Shown here piece by piece: positions 1-10,567 of a stretch of DNA of 64,000 bases. Location of the stretch: the sequence record SRR31156797_707. One strand, written 5' to 3'. The position numbers were made by a program, and so were the translations under genes. How positions within the stretch are numbered: position 1 is the first letter of the stretch; each line of letters begins with the position of its first letter. The notes under the pieces were generated by a model. It searched no databases. It saw only the letters and a list, made by a program, of their open reading frames with translations, and was not told the origin of the DNA.

Positions 1-269
1 TCAACGGATTCTTGCACCATCTGATAGTGCCTGCTGTCAGCCTTATTAAAAACACCAAAACATACAGCCTCATCCATTGTTGCTGCTTTATCAACCTTAC
101 AGACATCGCATTTCTTCTCTCGACCGTAGATAACTTCCCAGCACTTTCTACCGGAAAAGTCCGCCGCACCACTGCTAAGGTGTTTATTCACATATAAAAG
201 TTCATAGCTATTCGGATCTATAATGTATACTAAAAATGGAAAAAGTTTACTTTTATGAGAATTTTGCAT
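1..269 (-). CDS. Partial (runs off left edge) PAS-domain sensory protein with C-x10-CxxC motif; not in ORF track
   Basis: Manual translation from ATG at 269: MQNSHKSKLFPFLVYIIDPNSYELLYVNKHLSSGAADFSGRKCWEVIYGREKKCDVCKVDK...; no stop before base 1; AGGGTG RBS-like upstream; aligns by eye with second PAS of the 8010-10487 kinase. Confidence 0.8.
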   Translation of the reverse strand, partial: MQNSHKSKLFPFLVYIIDPNSYELLYVNKHLSSGAADFSGRKCWEVIYGREKKCDVCKVDKAATMDEAVCFGVFNKADSRHYQMVQESV

Positions 270-346
270 ATTTCACCCTAAAATCATATAACGATGTTTG
301 TCAGTTGGAGAGATTATAGCATTAGCATAGTAAATATTCTTCATAA

Positions 347-365
347 ATTGTAAACATGTTACAAT
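347..365. promoter_or_regulatory. Perfect 7-5-7 palindrome in divergent intergenic region, candidate TF operator
   Basis: ATTGTAA-ACATG-TTACAAT. Confidence 0.35.
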
Positions 366-475
366 CACATAAGTTTCTAAACAGTATTATGATTTTCTGC
401 ACGGTTAGATACTTATTGCCATTATTTGTAAAATAAATATGATAATTGTATAAATTAATACCCAAGGATCAAATT

Positions 476-1570
476 ATGTGCAAAAAAGTCTTCGTAGCTG
501 CCACAGGGCAAAACTCCGGTAAAACAACTACCAGCCTATCACTTATGTACTGCGCACTTAAACGTTATAAACGTGTCGGATTTATAAAACCTGTTGGTCC
601 GAAGCTTACAAGGTATCAGGGCAAAGATATGGATATGGACGCAGCCCTCATGGCTGAGGTTTACGGATTGGACGAAGATTTAGATCATATGTCACCTGTT
701 ACGCTTTTCAAAGATACTACAAAAGAGGTTCTCGACGGCAAGATTACAGTAAAAAGCCTTGAGGATAAGATAATCAACGCTGTAAAAAAGCTAGAGGAGA
801 AGTGTGATTTCCTCATCATAGAAGGCGCAGGACACAGTGGTGTCGGCTCTGTCCTCGGCATGAGTAACGCAAGGGTCGCAAAGCTCGTTGATGCTCCTGT
901 ACTTATCATCGCAGGCGGCGGCATAGGTAACGTTATCGATGCTGTCCACATGAACCTTGCACTATATAAAAACGAAGGAGCACAGGTTAAACTTGTGCTT
1001 ATAAACAAGATTATTGCTGAAAAACGTGAGCAGACGATGAAGTATCTCAAGCTCGCTTTCAAAGATGAGGATTTCGAAGTGTTTGGCGGGCTTAACTATT
1101 CACCTATTCTCGCAAATCCAACACTCAACCATATATCACGCATCCTTGAGTTGCCTCTGCATGGTAACTCACACGATTTTAATAAGATTATCCATGCAAT
1201 ACAGCTAGGTGCGGCGTCATCACAGCGTGTTGTGGACCTGCTTAAAGAGAATACAGTTGTAGTGGTTACAAGCTCAAGAGACGAGCTTCTTGTGACACTC
1301 TCTTCTCTATACCATGATGTCCCGGAATACCGCCATAAAATTGCGGGGATAATAATCTCCGGTATCACGCCTATATCCAGTGTTACCCAGCAGATAATAG
1401 ACAACTGCGCCATCCCTTACATCAGAACCTCCCTAACAACAAGGCAGGCATACGTTAAACTTATGGAAGATGTAGCAAAGATATCAGCAGCGGATAAAGA
1501 GAAGATAACCCTCATTCAAAAGACTGTTGAAGAGACAAAAATATTCGATAAGATAGACCCGCTCTTTTAA
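476..1570 (+). CDS. Stand-alone phosphotransacetylase N-terminal-like protein (BioD-like P-loop plus DRTGG-type region, no PTA catalytic domain)
   Basis: ATGQNSGKTT P-loop, GFIKPVG, IIEGAGH motifs; start moved to ATG 476 behind AAGGA. Confidence 0.8.
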   Translation: MCKKVFVAATGQNSGKTTTSLSLMYCALKRYKRVGFIKPVGPKLTRYQGKDMDMDAALMAEVYGLDEDLDHMSPVTLFKDTTKEVLDGKITVKSLEDKIINAVKKLEEKCDFLIIEGAGHSGVGSVLGMSNARVAKLVDAPVLIIAGGGIGNVIDAVHMNLALYKNEGAQVKLVLINKIIAEKREQTMKYLKLAFKDEDFEVFGGLNYSPILANPTLNHISRILELPLHGNSHDFNKIIHAIQLGAASSQRVVDLLKENTVVVVTSSRDELLVTLSSLYHDVPEYRHKIAGIIISGITPISSVTQQIIDNCAIPYIRTSLTTRQAYVKLMEDVAKISAADKEKITLIQKTVEETKIFDKIDPLF

Positions 1571-1574
1571 TATT

Positions 1575-4031
1575 ATGATCAGGTCAAAACTAAGGACAAA
1601 AGTACTGCTCGCATTTGTAATCCTTGCGGTGCTTCCGCTCTCATTTATAGTTTATTACTCATCTTTGAAGATATCGAAGATGGAAAACTTTCTGAAAAGC
1701 AGTACCACCGAGGCGCTGGACAGTATGGCGACCTCCTCCCTTGAGCTTCGGGCTGAGATGGTTTCCTCACAGGTAACTCAATTTCTTGAAAGTGTCGAAG
1801 GGGACGTAAGAGAGCTTGCGCTTCTGCCTGTCAGTGAATTAGCTTATGAAAAATTCAACAGGGCAAACCGTAAAGAAGTTTGGTATCTCGACGGCGACAG
1901 AGAGAAACACGAAAAACTCAGCCTGTATTCAGAGATATCATTCATAGCAGCCGATGGACAGGAACAAGTCAAAATTCAAAACGACATCGCCTCTGATAAG
2001 CTCATTAATGTCTTAAATCCTGCAAACACTGAATACAAAGCAGATGATTTTTTCAACAAAGTTACATCTCTTGGAGATGGCTCTGTTTATGTCGGCAGGC
2101 TCATCGGCTGGCACTCAAACAAAAACTCAAAAACTGAACCCCTTATGGGTATAAAATACAGAGGCTACATCCGGTTCGCCATGCCGATATATAAAGATGG
2201 GGAACTCTTTGGTGTGGTAAGCCTCGCACTTAACCACAGGCACCTTATGGAATTCACCCAGCACATCACTCCGGCTGAAGAGAATTATGTGGTATTCCCT
2301 TCATACACAAGTGGAAACTACAGCTTTATGTTTGATGATGAGGGGTGGATTATCGCCCACCCAAAGCACTGGGATATAAGGGGTGTTGACAAAAATGGTG
2401 AGCTAGTCCCGCCGTATTCAGAATACTCTAAAGAGGAGTCAATAGCCTCTGGCGATATACCTTATAATCTTAATTTCGCTGGCTTCATCCATAAAAACTA
2501 CCCTCTCGCTGCGCAAGCTGTCCTATCCGGTTTGTCAGGGATTGTAGACGTTACAAACGTTGGCGGTGCAGAGAAGATAATGGCTTACGCACCTATCAGA
2601 TACGGAACAGGTGTATACTCTGAAAAAGGTATTTTCGGCGGGATAACCATAGGCTCTGAAGTGCAGAGATTCCACCAGCCGGCGTACAGTATATCAGAAG
2701 TTATCAAACACGAACTGAGGCGCTTTGTAAGCAGTGCGTGGCTCCTTGTATGCGTGTTATTCGTGATCGTACTTCTCGTTAGCTACAGGCTCTCTTACAG
2801 CATCACCGAACCTCTGCATAAGCTTTTCATAGTTACGAAAAACATGGCAAGGGGCGACCTTAGCAGCACGGTTGAGATAAGCTCTAATGATGAGGTAGGT
2901 CAGCTAGGGCATTCCTTTAACGTTATGGCTTATGAACTTGAAACACGCAGGGCAAAGCTAGTAAAATCCCTCGAAGAGCTACAGCAGTCACGGGAATCAC
3001 TCATAAAAGAGGAATCATTCAAAACGACTATCTTCGAAAACATAGAGACAGGTGTCATAACCCTTGATGAGAAAAATATAATCAGCTTCATCAACCTTCC
3101 GGCGAAAAATATCCTAGGTGTGTCAGATAATGTCCTTGGCAAAGAACTGTGTAAAGCGCTTAAAATTGAGTGGGCTGAGATAGTTGACAGCCTTGACAGA
3201 GCACTTAGAACTGACGATGAAACCAAATGGGACGGCTACGCTGAGATGGAGAGGAAAGGACGAAAAATAACCTTCAGGCTCGCGGTACTCCCCCTTCACT
3301 ACGAATCTCTTCACGGGCGCATCTTCACCATAGAAGACGTAACTGAGAGAGTTAATATGCGTGAGCAGGTTGGGCGCATGGACAGGCTAGCCTCTATGGG
3401 GCGCTTATCAGCCAGCCTGGCACACGAGATCAGAAATCCGCTCACAGGTATCAGCATGATGCTCGATGACCTACACGACAGGCTAATAGGCAACCACGAT
3501 GACCAGCACCTTATACAGAGGTCTATGCAGGAGATAGAGCGTCTGGAGTCACTAGTGAATGAACTTCTTAGTTTCGCTCGTGCACACAAACCACAGCTAA
3601 CACAAGGCGACATCGCAAGCGTGCTGGATGACACGATATTCCTCGTTAAAAAACAGTGTGAACGACAGCAGGTAAAGATTACTGCTGATATTTCAGATGG
3701 AATAAGCGACTTTGCTATGGATAAGCCCAGGCTCAAGCAGGCCTTTCTGAACATAGTGACAAACGCACTCGATGCTATGCCGAAGGGCGGAAGCATAACA
3801 GTATCAGCAACACAGTCTGACTCGACAGTAATTGTCAGATTCAGAGACACAGGCACTGGGATCGACAAGGATAAAATACCACTCATTTTCGAACCGTTTT
3901 ATACCAGCAAAAGAGAAGGCTCCGGATTAGGGCTTGCCATCACCCATAATATACTCTCAGACCACAATGCAGAGGTGAAAGTAACAAGCGATGAAAATGA
4001 AACGGAATTCTTAATTTCTTTCCCGATATAA
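1575..4031 (+). CDS. Membrane sensor histidine kinase (periplasmic Cache-like, HAMP, PAS, HisKA, HATPase)
   Basis: Two TM segments, HAMP (NDEVGQLGHSFN), AHEIRNPL H-box, FYTSKREGSGLGL. Confidence 0.92.
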   Translation: MIRSKLRTKVLLAFVILAVLPLSFIVYYSSLKISKMENFLKSSTTEALDSMATSSLELRAEMVSSQVTQFLESVEGDVRELALLPVSELAYEKFNRANRKEVWYLDGDREKHEKLSLYSEISFIAADGQEQVKIQNDIASDKLINVLNPANTEYKADDFFNKVTSLGDGSVYVGRLIGWHSNKNSKTEPLMGIKYRGYIRFAMPIYKDGELFGVVSLALNHRHLMEFTQHITPAEENYVVFPSYTSGNYSFMFDDEGWIIAHPKHWDIRGVDKNGELVPPYSEYSKEESIASGDIPYNLNFAGFIHKNYPLAAQAVLSGLSGIVDVTNVGGAEKIMAYAPIRYGTGVYSEKGIFGGITIGSEVQRFHQPAYSISEVIKHELRRFVSSAWLLVCVLFVIVLLVSYRLSYSITEPLHKLFIVTKNMARGDLSSTVEISSNDEVGQLGHSFNVMAYELETRRAKLVKSLEELQQSRESLIKEESFKTTIFENIETGVITLDEKNIISFINLPAKNILGVSDNVLGKELCKALKIEWAEIVDSLDRALRTDDETKWDGYAEMERKGRKITFRLAVLPLHYESLHGRIFTIEDVTERVNMREQVGRMDRLASMGRLSASLAHEIRNPLTGISMMLDDLHDRLIGNHDDQHLIQRSMQEIERLESLVNELLSFARAHKPQLTQGDIASVLDDTIFLVKKQCERQQVKITADISDGISDFAMDKPRLKQAFLNIVTNALDAMPKGGSITVSATQSDSTVIVRFRDTGTGIDKDKIPLIFEPFYTSKREGSGLGLAITHNILSDHNAEVKVTSDENETEFLISFPI

Positions 4032-4036
4032 TCATG

Positions 4037-4052
4037 TGGCGAATTTTCACCA
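4037..4052. promoter_or_regulatory. Candidate binding site of the sigma54 activator (autoregulatory copy)
   Basis: TGGCGAATTTTCACCA near-palindrome; related copies at 5506 and 5586. Confidence 0.55.
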
Positions 4053-4115
4053 CTTTCTGATTGCAAATATTCCGGTTTACACCTATCATCATAAAAAAAC
4101 AAACAAGAGTCACAC

Positions 4116-5486
4116 ATGGAAAGAATATTAGTCGTTGATGATGAAGAATTTATTAGAGATAACCTAGACAGGATACTAACCGGAAAAGGTTATAAGCTAT
4201 ATTCCGCTGAGAATGGCAAAGGCGCAATGGAGATGGTCTCCTCTGAAGAGATCGACCTTGTTCTGCTCGACCTGAACCTAGGCGCTGAGAGCGGTCTGGA
4301 CGTTCTTAAGATGCTTAAAGAGACTGACCCGCACCTTCTCGTTATTATCATCACAGGTTACGGCACGGTTGAAAGTGCTGTTGATGCACTGAAACTCGGT
4401 GCGTACGACTACATCAAAAAACCTTTCAAAGCTGACGCTATCCACCTTATAGTAAGACTTGCACTCGAAACACAAAACCTTCGCCGAGAGGTTCGTAACC
4501 TTAAACGGGGAAGCCATATATCAATAGACTCATCTCAGATTGTCGGCTCCAGTTCGGAAATTGTAAGCGTTTTCCATCAGATTAAAGAGGTCGCAAAGCA
4601 CGAACTTTCAACCGTACTTATTACCGGCGAAAGCGGTACAGGTAAGGAGCTTGTAGCGAGAGAAGTACATAACTACTCACCTAGAAAAGATAAGCCTTTC
4701 ATAGAAATTAATTGCGGATCACTGCCGTATAACCTTCTTGAATCAGAACTTTTCGGACATGAAAAGGGTGCATTCACCGACGCTAAAAACAGAAAAATCG
4801 GACTTTTCGAAGAGGCTGAGGGCGGCACACTATTCCTTGATGAGATAGGCGAAATGGACATAAACCTTCAGGTGAAACTCCTTCGTGTACTGGAAGATAG
4901 AAAGATAAGAAGGCTAGGAAGCACAAAAAATCTCGACATAGATGTCCGTGTTGTCGCAGCCACAAACAGAGACCTGAAAGCCGCTATAGACGATAAAGAG
5001 TTCCGTGAAGACCTCTTCTACAGATTAAACGTCTTCCCGATAAGCATACCACCGCTGAGGGAACGGAGAGATGACATACCTCCCCTGCTTCATTTTTTCC
5101 TCTCGTCGTTCAGCACAGAGTTTAAAAAGAAGATAAAAGACTTATCCAGAGAGGCTTTGGAAGTGCTTATGCAGTACGACTGGCCCGGCAATGTGCGGGA
5201 GCTTAAGAACATGGCAGAACGAATCTGTATCATGAATAACGTTGAAGTCATTGAGAAAGAGATGCTCCCAACTGAGATAACTGGTGAAATAAGCGAAAAC
5301 AGCAATGCGTTCTCTTTTGATATACCAGTGGACGGGATAAATCTTGACGATTTCATGGCAGATATTGAACGTGGTATGATTAGTAAAGCTCTTGATATAA
5401 CAGATAAAAATGTTGCTAAAACATCAAGATTACTCGACATGCCCAGAGGCACACTCAGATATAAAATCGAGAAATATAACCTGTAA
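4116..5486 (+). CDS. NtrC/AtoC-family sigma54-dependent response regulator
   Basis: REC domain, [32 protein letters not shown]-terminal HTH. Confidence 0.95.
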   Translation: MERILVVDDEEFIRDNLDRILTGKGYKLYSAENGKGAMEMVSSEEIDLVLLDLNLGAESGLDVLKMLKETDPHLLVIIITGYGTVESAVDALKLGAYDYIKKPFKADAIHLIVRLALETQNLRREVRNLKRGSHISIDSSQIVGSSSEIVSVFHQIKEVAKHELSTVLITGESGTGKELVAREVHNYSPRKDKPFIEINCGSLPYNLLESELFGHEKGAFTDAKNRKIGLFEEAEGGTLFLDEIGEMDINLQVKLLRVLEDRKIRRLGSTKNLDIDVRVVAATNRDLKAAIDDKEFREDLFYRLNVFPISIPPLRERRDDIPPLLHFFLSSFSTEFKKKIKDLSREALEVLMQYDWPGNVRELKNMAERICIMNNVEVIEKEMLPTEITGEISENSNAFSFDIPVDGINLDDFMADIERGMISKALDITDKNVAKTSRLLDMPRGTLRYKIEKYNL

Positions 5487-5505
5487 TTTACCGACATTTC
5501 ATATA

Positions 5506-5601
5506 TGGCGAAAATCCACCGAAAACCTAAATACAACACAATATACTTATATATAAATAAGTTACACCATACTAAACAATAATAACGGCGAATATTAGCC
5601 A
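5506..5601. promoter_or_regulatory. Two candidate upstream activator sequences for the sigma54 promoter
   Basis: TGGCGAAAATCCACCG (5506-5521) and CGGCGAATATTAGCCA (5586-5601). Confidence 0.55.
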
Positions 5602-5734
5602 TCATGAGACCATGCAATCATTCCAGTTTTTAAAACAAAATTATACTTTCTAATGAAATTACAAATCCATATTCGAAAAATATCAGATAGTTGCAAAATA
5701 AGACTAATAATCTCTCTATTGATTTTATCACTTT

Positions 5735-5750
5735 TGGCACACCTGTTGCT
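5735..5750 (+). promoter_or_regulatory. Sigma54 (-24/-12) promoter of the DASS transporter
   Basis: TGGCAC-ACCTG-TTGCT matches TGGCAC-N5-TTGCW; adjacent to a sigma54 activator gene. Confidence 0.88.
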
Positions 5751-5791
5751 TTTATTAGGGCGCTCATAAGTTTTATTAAGGAGACAGAATT

Positions 5792-7537
5792 ATGATCACT
5801 ACTATGTGGAATCGTCTATGGGAAATGCACTATGAGACTAAATCTCTCTTCACATTTACCCCTGCGGCTGCAATTAACTCAATCAAACGCAGCTATTTTG
5901 CACCAACTAGAGACATCGAAAAAGAAGTAGACCTCGCAGATGAGATCGACGAGGCTCCGTCTGAACACAACCAGAGACTTAAATCGTCACCTGACGGTGT
6001 TAATGAGGAAGACCCTAAGGAATATACAAAACGCCAGAAGATCGGTCTTGCTCTCGGTCCTATACTTTTTATAATTATGCTTATCGTTCCTGCTCCAGCC
6101 GGAATGGAGCCTAATGCACAGAAGATGGCAGCAATCGCCCTCCTCATGGCTACATGGTGGATGTGTGAATCAATTCCTATTCCAGCTACATCTCTCCTTC
6201 CTATCGCTCTTTATCCTTTACTTGGCATAATGAGCACTAAGAAGGCGACAGCACCGTACGCCAGCCACCTTATATATCTTTTCATGGGTGGATTCATCAT
6301 CGCACTCGCAATGCAGAGATGGAACCTCCACAGAAGAATCGCTATGAACATCGTTAAAGCTGTAGGTTTCTCGCCTAGCCGTCTTATATTCGGCTTTATG
6401 GCAGCGACAGCTATACTTTCAGCTTTCGTTTCAAACACAGCGACAACAGTAATGATGATGCCTATCGGACTCGCTATCGTTCACCACGTTGTGGATGAAG
6501 GTAAGAAAGAAGGGCTCGATAAAGAGATAGACTTCTCCCCTGAGAAATTTGCATTCGGTCTTAACCTTATGCTCGGTATAGCTTACGCCGCTTCTATCGG
6601 TGGTGTCGCTACACTCATCGGTACACCTCCTAACACTGTTCTCGCCGGCTATTTAACAAAAGCTTACGGATACGAGATCACTTTTGCCAAATGGCTTATG
6701 GTCGGTGTTCCACTTGTTCTGGTTTTTCTCCCGCTCTGCTGGCTCTGGCTTACAAAAGTCGCTAACCCTATGAAACTCAAAAGAGTTCCTGGTGGGCGCG
6801 AACTTATTGATCAGGAGCTTAAGGATATGGGCAAGATGAGCAAAGGTGAGCGCTGGACACTACTTGTGTTTACTCTCACAGCACTCGGCTGGATATTCCG
6901 CAAGAGCCTCGGTGTATACATCTTCGCAGATCCTAAGATGGTAACTGATGCGGCAATCGCTATGACAGGTGCTCTTGTGCTCTTCATGATTCCTATCAAC
7001 CTTAAAAAGAATGAATTCGTAATGAACTGGCACTGGGCAACCAAAATGCCTTGGGGTGTACTTATACTCTTCGGTGGTGGTCTCTCTATGGCGGCTGGTT
7101 TCAAGGTTACAAAGCTCGCAAGCTGGATAGGTCTTCAGGTTGGTCTTCTCGACAATGCACCAATATTTGTGCTTGTTGTTGCGGTTGCGACACTGATCAT
7201 CTTCCTCACTGAGCTTACATCTAATACAGCTACATCAGCTATGGTAATGCCTATCCTATCTGCTGTTGCTATAGGTCTTGGTCAGTCACCGCTTCTGCTT
7301 GTTATCCCTGCTGCTATCGCTGCTTCATGTGCTTTTATGCTGCCTGTTGCTACTCCGCCGAATGCTATTGTTTTCGGATCGGGATATGTGACCATACCGC
7401 AGATGGTCCGCAGTGGACTCGGGTTAAATGTTATAGGAGTTATAATAACTGTGGCAGTAACTTATCTTATAGTTATTCCACTTTTCGGAATTGAGATTGG
7501 CGTTCTTCCTGAATGGGTAAGCGTGGTTACTAAATAA
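5792..7537 (+). CDS. DASS/SLC13 family Na+-coupled anion (dicarboxylate/sulfate) transporter with N-terminal extension
   Basis: SNTAT motifs twice, GTPPN, MLPVATPPNA; AAGGAG RBS. Confidence 0.92.
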   Translation: MITTMWNRLWEMHYETKSLFTFTPAAAINSIKRSYFAPTRDIEKEVDLADEIDEAPSEHNQRLKSSPDGVNEEDPKEYTKRQKIGLALGPILFIIMLIVPAPAGMEPNAQKMAAIALLMATWWMCESIPIPATSLLPIALYPLLGIMSTKKATAPYASHLIYLFMGGFIIALAMQRWNLHRRIAMNIVKAVGFSPSRLIFGFMAATAILSAFVSNTATTVMMMPIGLAIVHHVVDEGKKEGLDKEIDFSPEKFAFGLNLMLGIAYAASIGGVATLIGTPPNTVLAGYLTKAYGYEITFAKWLMVGVPLVLVFLPLCWLWLTKVANPMKLKRVPGGRELIDQELKDMGKMSKGERWTLLVFTLTALGWIFRKSLGVYIFADPKMVTDAAIAMTGALVLFMIPINLKKNEFVMNWHWATKMPWGVLILFGGGLSMAAGFKVTKLASWIGLQVGLLDNAPIFVLVVAVATLIIFLTELTSNTATSAMVMPILSAVAIGLGQSPLLLVIPAAIAASCAFMLPVATPPNAIVFGSGYVTIPQMVRSGLGLNVIGVIITVAVTYLIVIPLFGIEIGVLPEWVSVVTK

Positions 7538-7559
7538 CCCGCCCCCTCTTACATATATC

Positions 7560-7595
7560 AAGCCCCGTGGCAATATCTGCTTCGGGGCTTTTTTT
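7560..7595 (+). terminator. Rho-independent terminator
   Basis: AAGCCCCG...CGGGGCTT followed by T run, between convergent genes. Confidence 0.85.
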
Positions 7596-7600
7596 GATTA

Positions 7601-8017
7601 TTAATACGATCTTTCGTTACTGAGACACCAGTAAAGACCAATCCTCTTAACTACTTCCTGAAAATCAGTGAATTCAACAGGCTTACATACATAACCGTTT
7701 GCGTTGTGCTTGTAACTTTCGTAAACATCTACATCTTCTTTAGACGAAGTGAGCATAACTATCGGTATATCCTTGAGCTTATCATCATCTTTAATAGTTT
7801 TCAGAACCTCTATACCGTTCATACGAGGCATTTTTATATCCAGCAGGATGAGTATAGGTTTAGAATTATCTTCGTTTCTAAGATAATCTACAGCCTCTTC
7901 ACCATCACAAACAACATCCACAGGGTTAGATATGCCGGCACTGGTTATAGAGTCACATATAAGCTCCCTATCAAACTTATCATCATCAACGACTAATATT
8001 CTCTTGAATTTAAGCAT
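7601..8017 (-). CDS. Single-domain response regulator (Rcp1-like)
   Basis: LVVDDD, LLDIKMP, LTSS, ANGYVCKP; GGAGG RBS before ATG run at 8023/8020/8017. Confidence 0.9.
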   Translation of the reverse strand: MLKFKRILVVDDDKFDRELICDSITSAGISNPVDVVCDGEEAVDYLRNEDNSKPILILLDIKMPRMNGIEVLKTIKDDDKLKDIPIVMLTSSKEDVDVYESYKHNANGYVCKPVEFTDFQEVVKRIGLYWCLSNERSY

Positions 8018-10487
8018 CATCATCCTCCGCTTTAGGTAAGTAAATCTTAAACAATGCCCCCTCATCCGGTGCACTTTTTGCCTCTATATATCCACCATGT
8101 CTTGTTATTATCCTTTTAACGGTCGCAAGACCTATACCTGTACCTGAATAGTCTTGATCAAGTGTTTCGAAAACTCCGAACACCCTGTCTACATACTTCA
8201 TATCAAAACCTAAACCGTTATCCTTAAATTCAATTATATCCTGACCTAGCTTTGAGTAAACATTAACCTCGACAACTGCTTTCTCTCTAACCTGAGTGAA
8301 CTTTATCGCATTTGATATAAGATTGGTGAAAACCACAGCAAACATACCCTTATCAACGTAAATATCATTCTTAATATCCAATCTGAAATCAATATCTCTT
8401 CCTACATAGTCAATAGCAAAATCATTTATAATCTGCTCTGCAACCTCTTTAAGGTTCACATGATCTTTTTGCAGAGCGACCTGATTAAGCCTTGAAAACT
8501 TGAGCAGGTCATCGATAAGCATATTCATCCGCTCAGATGAAGTTTTAATAGCATCGATACAGTGATCGGTCTTTTCGCTTTTAATATCTCCTAAATCCTT
8601 ATCAAGCATATTTATAAAACCGTTAATATGCCTTACCGGAGCACGTAGATCGTGAGATACAGTATATGCAAAACTCTCAAGCTCCTTATTAACCTCTTCC
8701 AGACTCTTTGTTCTCGACTTTACAAGACTATCAAGGTTAAGGTTCAGATCCTCAAACTCTTTATTACTCTCTTTCAGTTTATTTTCTATATCTTTAAGAT
8801 AGTTTATATTAATAGCAATTTCAAACCTGACTTTCTTGCCGTCAACCCACTCTATTATCTGATCGTTAACATAGAAATGAGTGTCTAGACTTTTGTTATA
8901 ATGTTCCCAGACATAAGGTCCTTCGTTGTTGAGAATTATTTCGTTTGTGCAAAAGCTGCAAGGCTCCTCAAGACCCTGAATTGTTTTATAGCACAGCTCA
9001 CCTATAGGGTTTGCGCCTATTAGATCGATAAATCTCTCATTAGCAAAGATGATCTCGTATGTTTCAGTGTCTGAAACGTAAAGAACCTCTGGAAAAGCAT
9101 TCAGAATAGTCGTGAGGGTCTTATTAGTCAGAGCCAGCTTCTCCTCATAATTCTTCAGCTCGGTGATATCCAGATGTGAGCCGAACATCCTTTTGATATT
9201 CCCATCCTCACCTGTAACAAATGAAGACCTGTTCATTATCCACTTATAGGAGCCGTCCTTAGCCCTCATTCTGAAAATTTTATTAAAGTTTCCTTTCGGA
9301 TTCTTCACGAAGCTATCAATTTCAGAAAGCATATACTCTTTGTCATCCGGGTGGAGCCTAATAATAAATTCATCAAAGTCGTTTTTGATCTCATCTTCTT
9401 CATACCCTAATATCTGCTTCCACATACTGGAAAAATAAACACAATCATGTTCGATATCCCAATCCCAAACACCAGTGTTCGAAGCATCTACAACCAGTTC
9501 ATACCTCTCCTTAGTTTCTGTGATCTCTTCTGTCTTATCCTTCACCATGTTTTCAAGATTTTGGTTGAGGTTGTCCAGCTTCTTTTTAGTTGATGTGAGC
9601 TCATCAACTTTCACCTGAAGGTTATTCGTATGCCTTTTAGCATCTCTAACTCTTATAAATATAAATGCAGTGAACATGAATATAGTTAGCACTACAAAAG
9701 AGATGACAAGTATATATAACCTCTGTTTATATAATTTATTATCATCATGATCAGAGAACCACTTAAGATATATACTCCTGAAGTCTTCTGTTTTACTAAA
9801 CTCATCAACAAGCGGAAAAATATAATCGGCAAGCCCCTGATTAGGGCGACTGATAGTAAAAGACCTTTTAACCTCTAATAAGTTATCAACGGCAATATTG
9901 ATCTTGTCATCAACATTCAGGTTTATAGCTTCCTTATCAAAAACAGACTCAGGAATGATGGCACAATCAACCTCACTTGATAGCAGCCCGAAAAGGAGTG
10001 ACTTAACATCCTTATAGACTACTACATCGTCTATACCTTCCCTCTTAGCCACCTTAACGCCGACATTACGCTCCATCACTCCGGCTTTTTTATCACGATA
10101 ATAATCGATATTATCTTCACCCTGATAGGTTGTGCGGATGAAAACAGAGATATGAAAGGTCTCATACGGGTTGCTGAAATGGTAAACCTTATCCCTCTCA
10201 GGAGTATATCCCTGATTAGGTATCACATCAAAAACATCATTTTGTGCATTCTTATGGATAGATGCCCAATCGTCAAAGATTACATATTCAAACCGTAAAC
10301 CTGTAAATTTCTGAAAGCCCTTCATATAATCGACAACAAAACCTTTCACCACCCCGTTCTCTTTATATGAATACGGAGGGAAATCCTTTAATAAAGCCAC
10401 ACGGAGCTTCATCGGTTCAGTGTCTGCATAGGCATTTGTTAAACAGAGAGATAACCAAATAATTATAAGTGAAAAAAAATGTTTCAT
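8010..10487 (-). CDS. Sensor histidine kinase: periplasmic solute-binding domain, TM, two PAS, HisKA/HATPase
   Basis: Signal peptide from MKHFF (start 10487), DFPPYS PBP motif, GVWDWD PAS, FAYTVSHDLRAP H-box, GTGIGL. Confidence 0.9.
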   Translation of the reverse strand: MKHFFSLIIIWLSLCLTNAYADTEPMKLRVALLKDFPPYSYKENGVVKGFVVDYMKGFQKFTGLRFEYVIFDDWASIHKNAQNDVFDVIPNQGYTPERDKVYHFSNPYETFHISVFIRTTYQGEDNIDYYRDKKAGVMERNVGVKVAKREGIDDVVVYKDVKSLLFGLLSSEVDCAIIPESVFDKEAINLNVDDKINIAVDNLLEVKRSFTISRPNQGLADYIFPLVDEFSKTEDFRSIYLKWFSDHDDNKLYKQRLYILVISFVVLTIFMFTAFIFIRVRDAKRHTNNLQVKVDELTSTKKKLDNLNQNLENMVKDKTEEITETKERYELVVDASNTGVWDWDIEHDCVYFSSMWKQILGYEEDEIKNDFDEFIIRLHPDDKEYMLSEIDSFVKNPKGNFNKIFRMRAKDGSYKWIMNRSSFVTGEDGNIKRMFGSHLDITELKNYEEKLALTNKTLTTILNAFPEVLYVSDTETYEIIFANERFIDLIGANPIGELCYKTIQGLEEPCSFCTNEIILNNEGPYVWEHYNKSLDTHFYVNDQIIEWVDGKKVRFEIAININYLKDIENKLKESNKEFEDLNLNLDSLVKSRTKSLEEVNKELESFAYTVSHDLRAPVRHINGFINMLDKDLGDIKSEKTDHCIDAIKTSSERMNMLIDDLLKFSRLNQVALQKDHVNLKEVAEQIINDFAIDYVGRDIDFRLDIKNDIYVDKGMFAVVFTNLISNAIKFTQVREKAVVEVNVYSKLGQDIIEFKDNGLGFDMKYVDRVFGVFETLDQDYSGTGIGLATVKRIITRHGGYIEAKSAPDEGALFKIYLPKAEDDDA

Positions 10488-10567
10488 TTGTGTGACACAC
10501 CTTTTTTTATGTAGTATATTTATATAATAACATACAAAAATGATTTGTACCAAAAGGGCTTATTTAC

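Noticed and set aside
12-197. 61 aa plus-strand ORF in the track
   Set aside because: Shadow of the minus-strand PAS gene, which has an RBS and recognisable motifs
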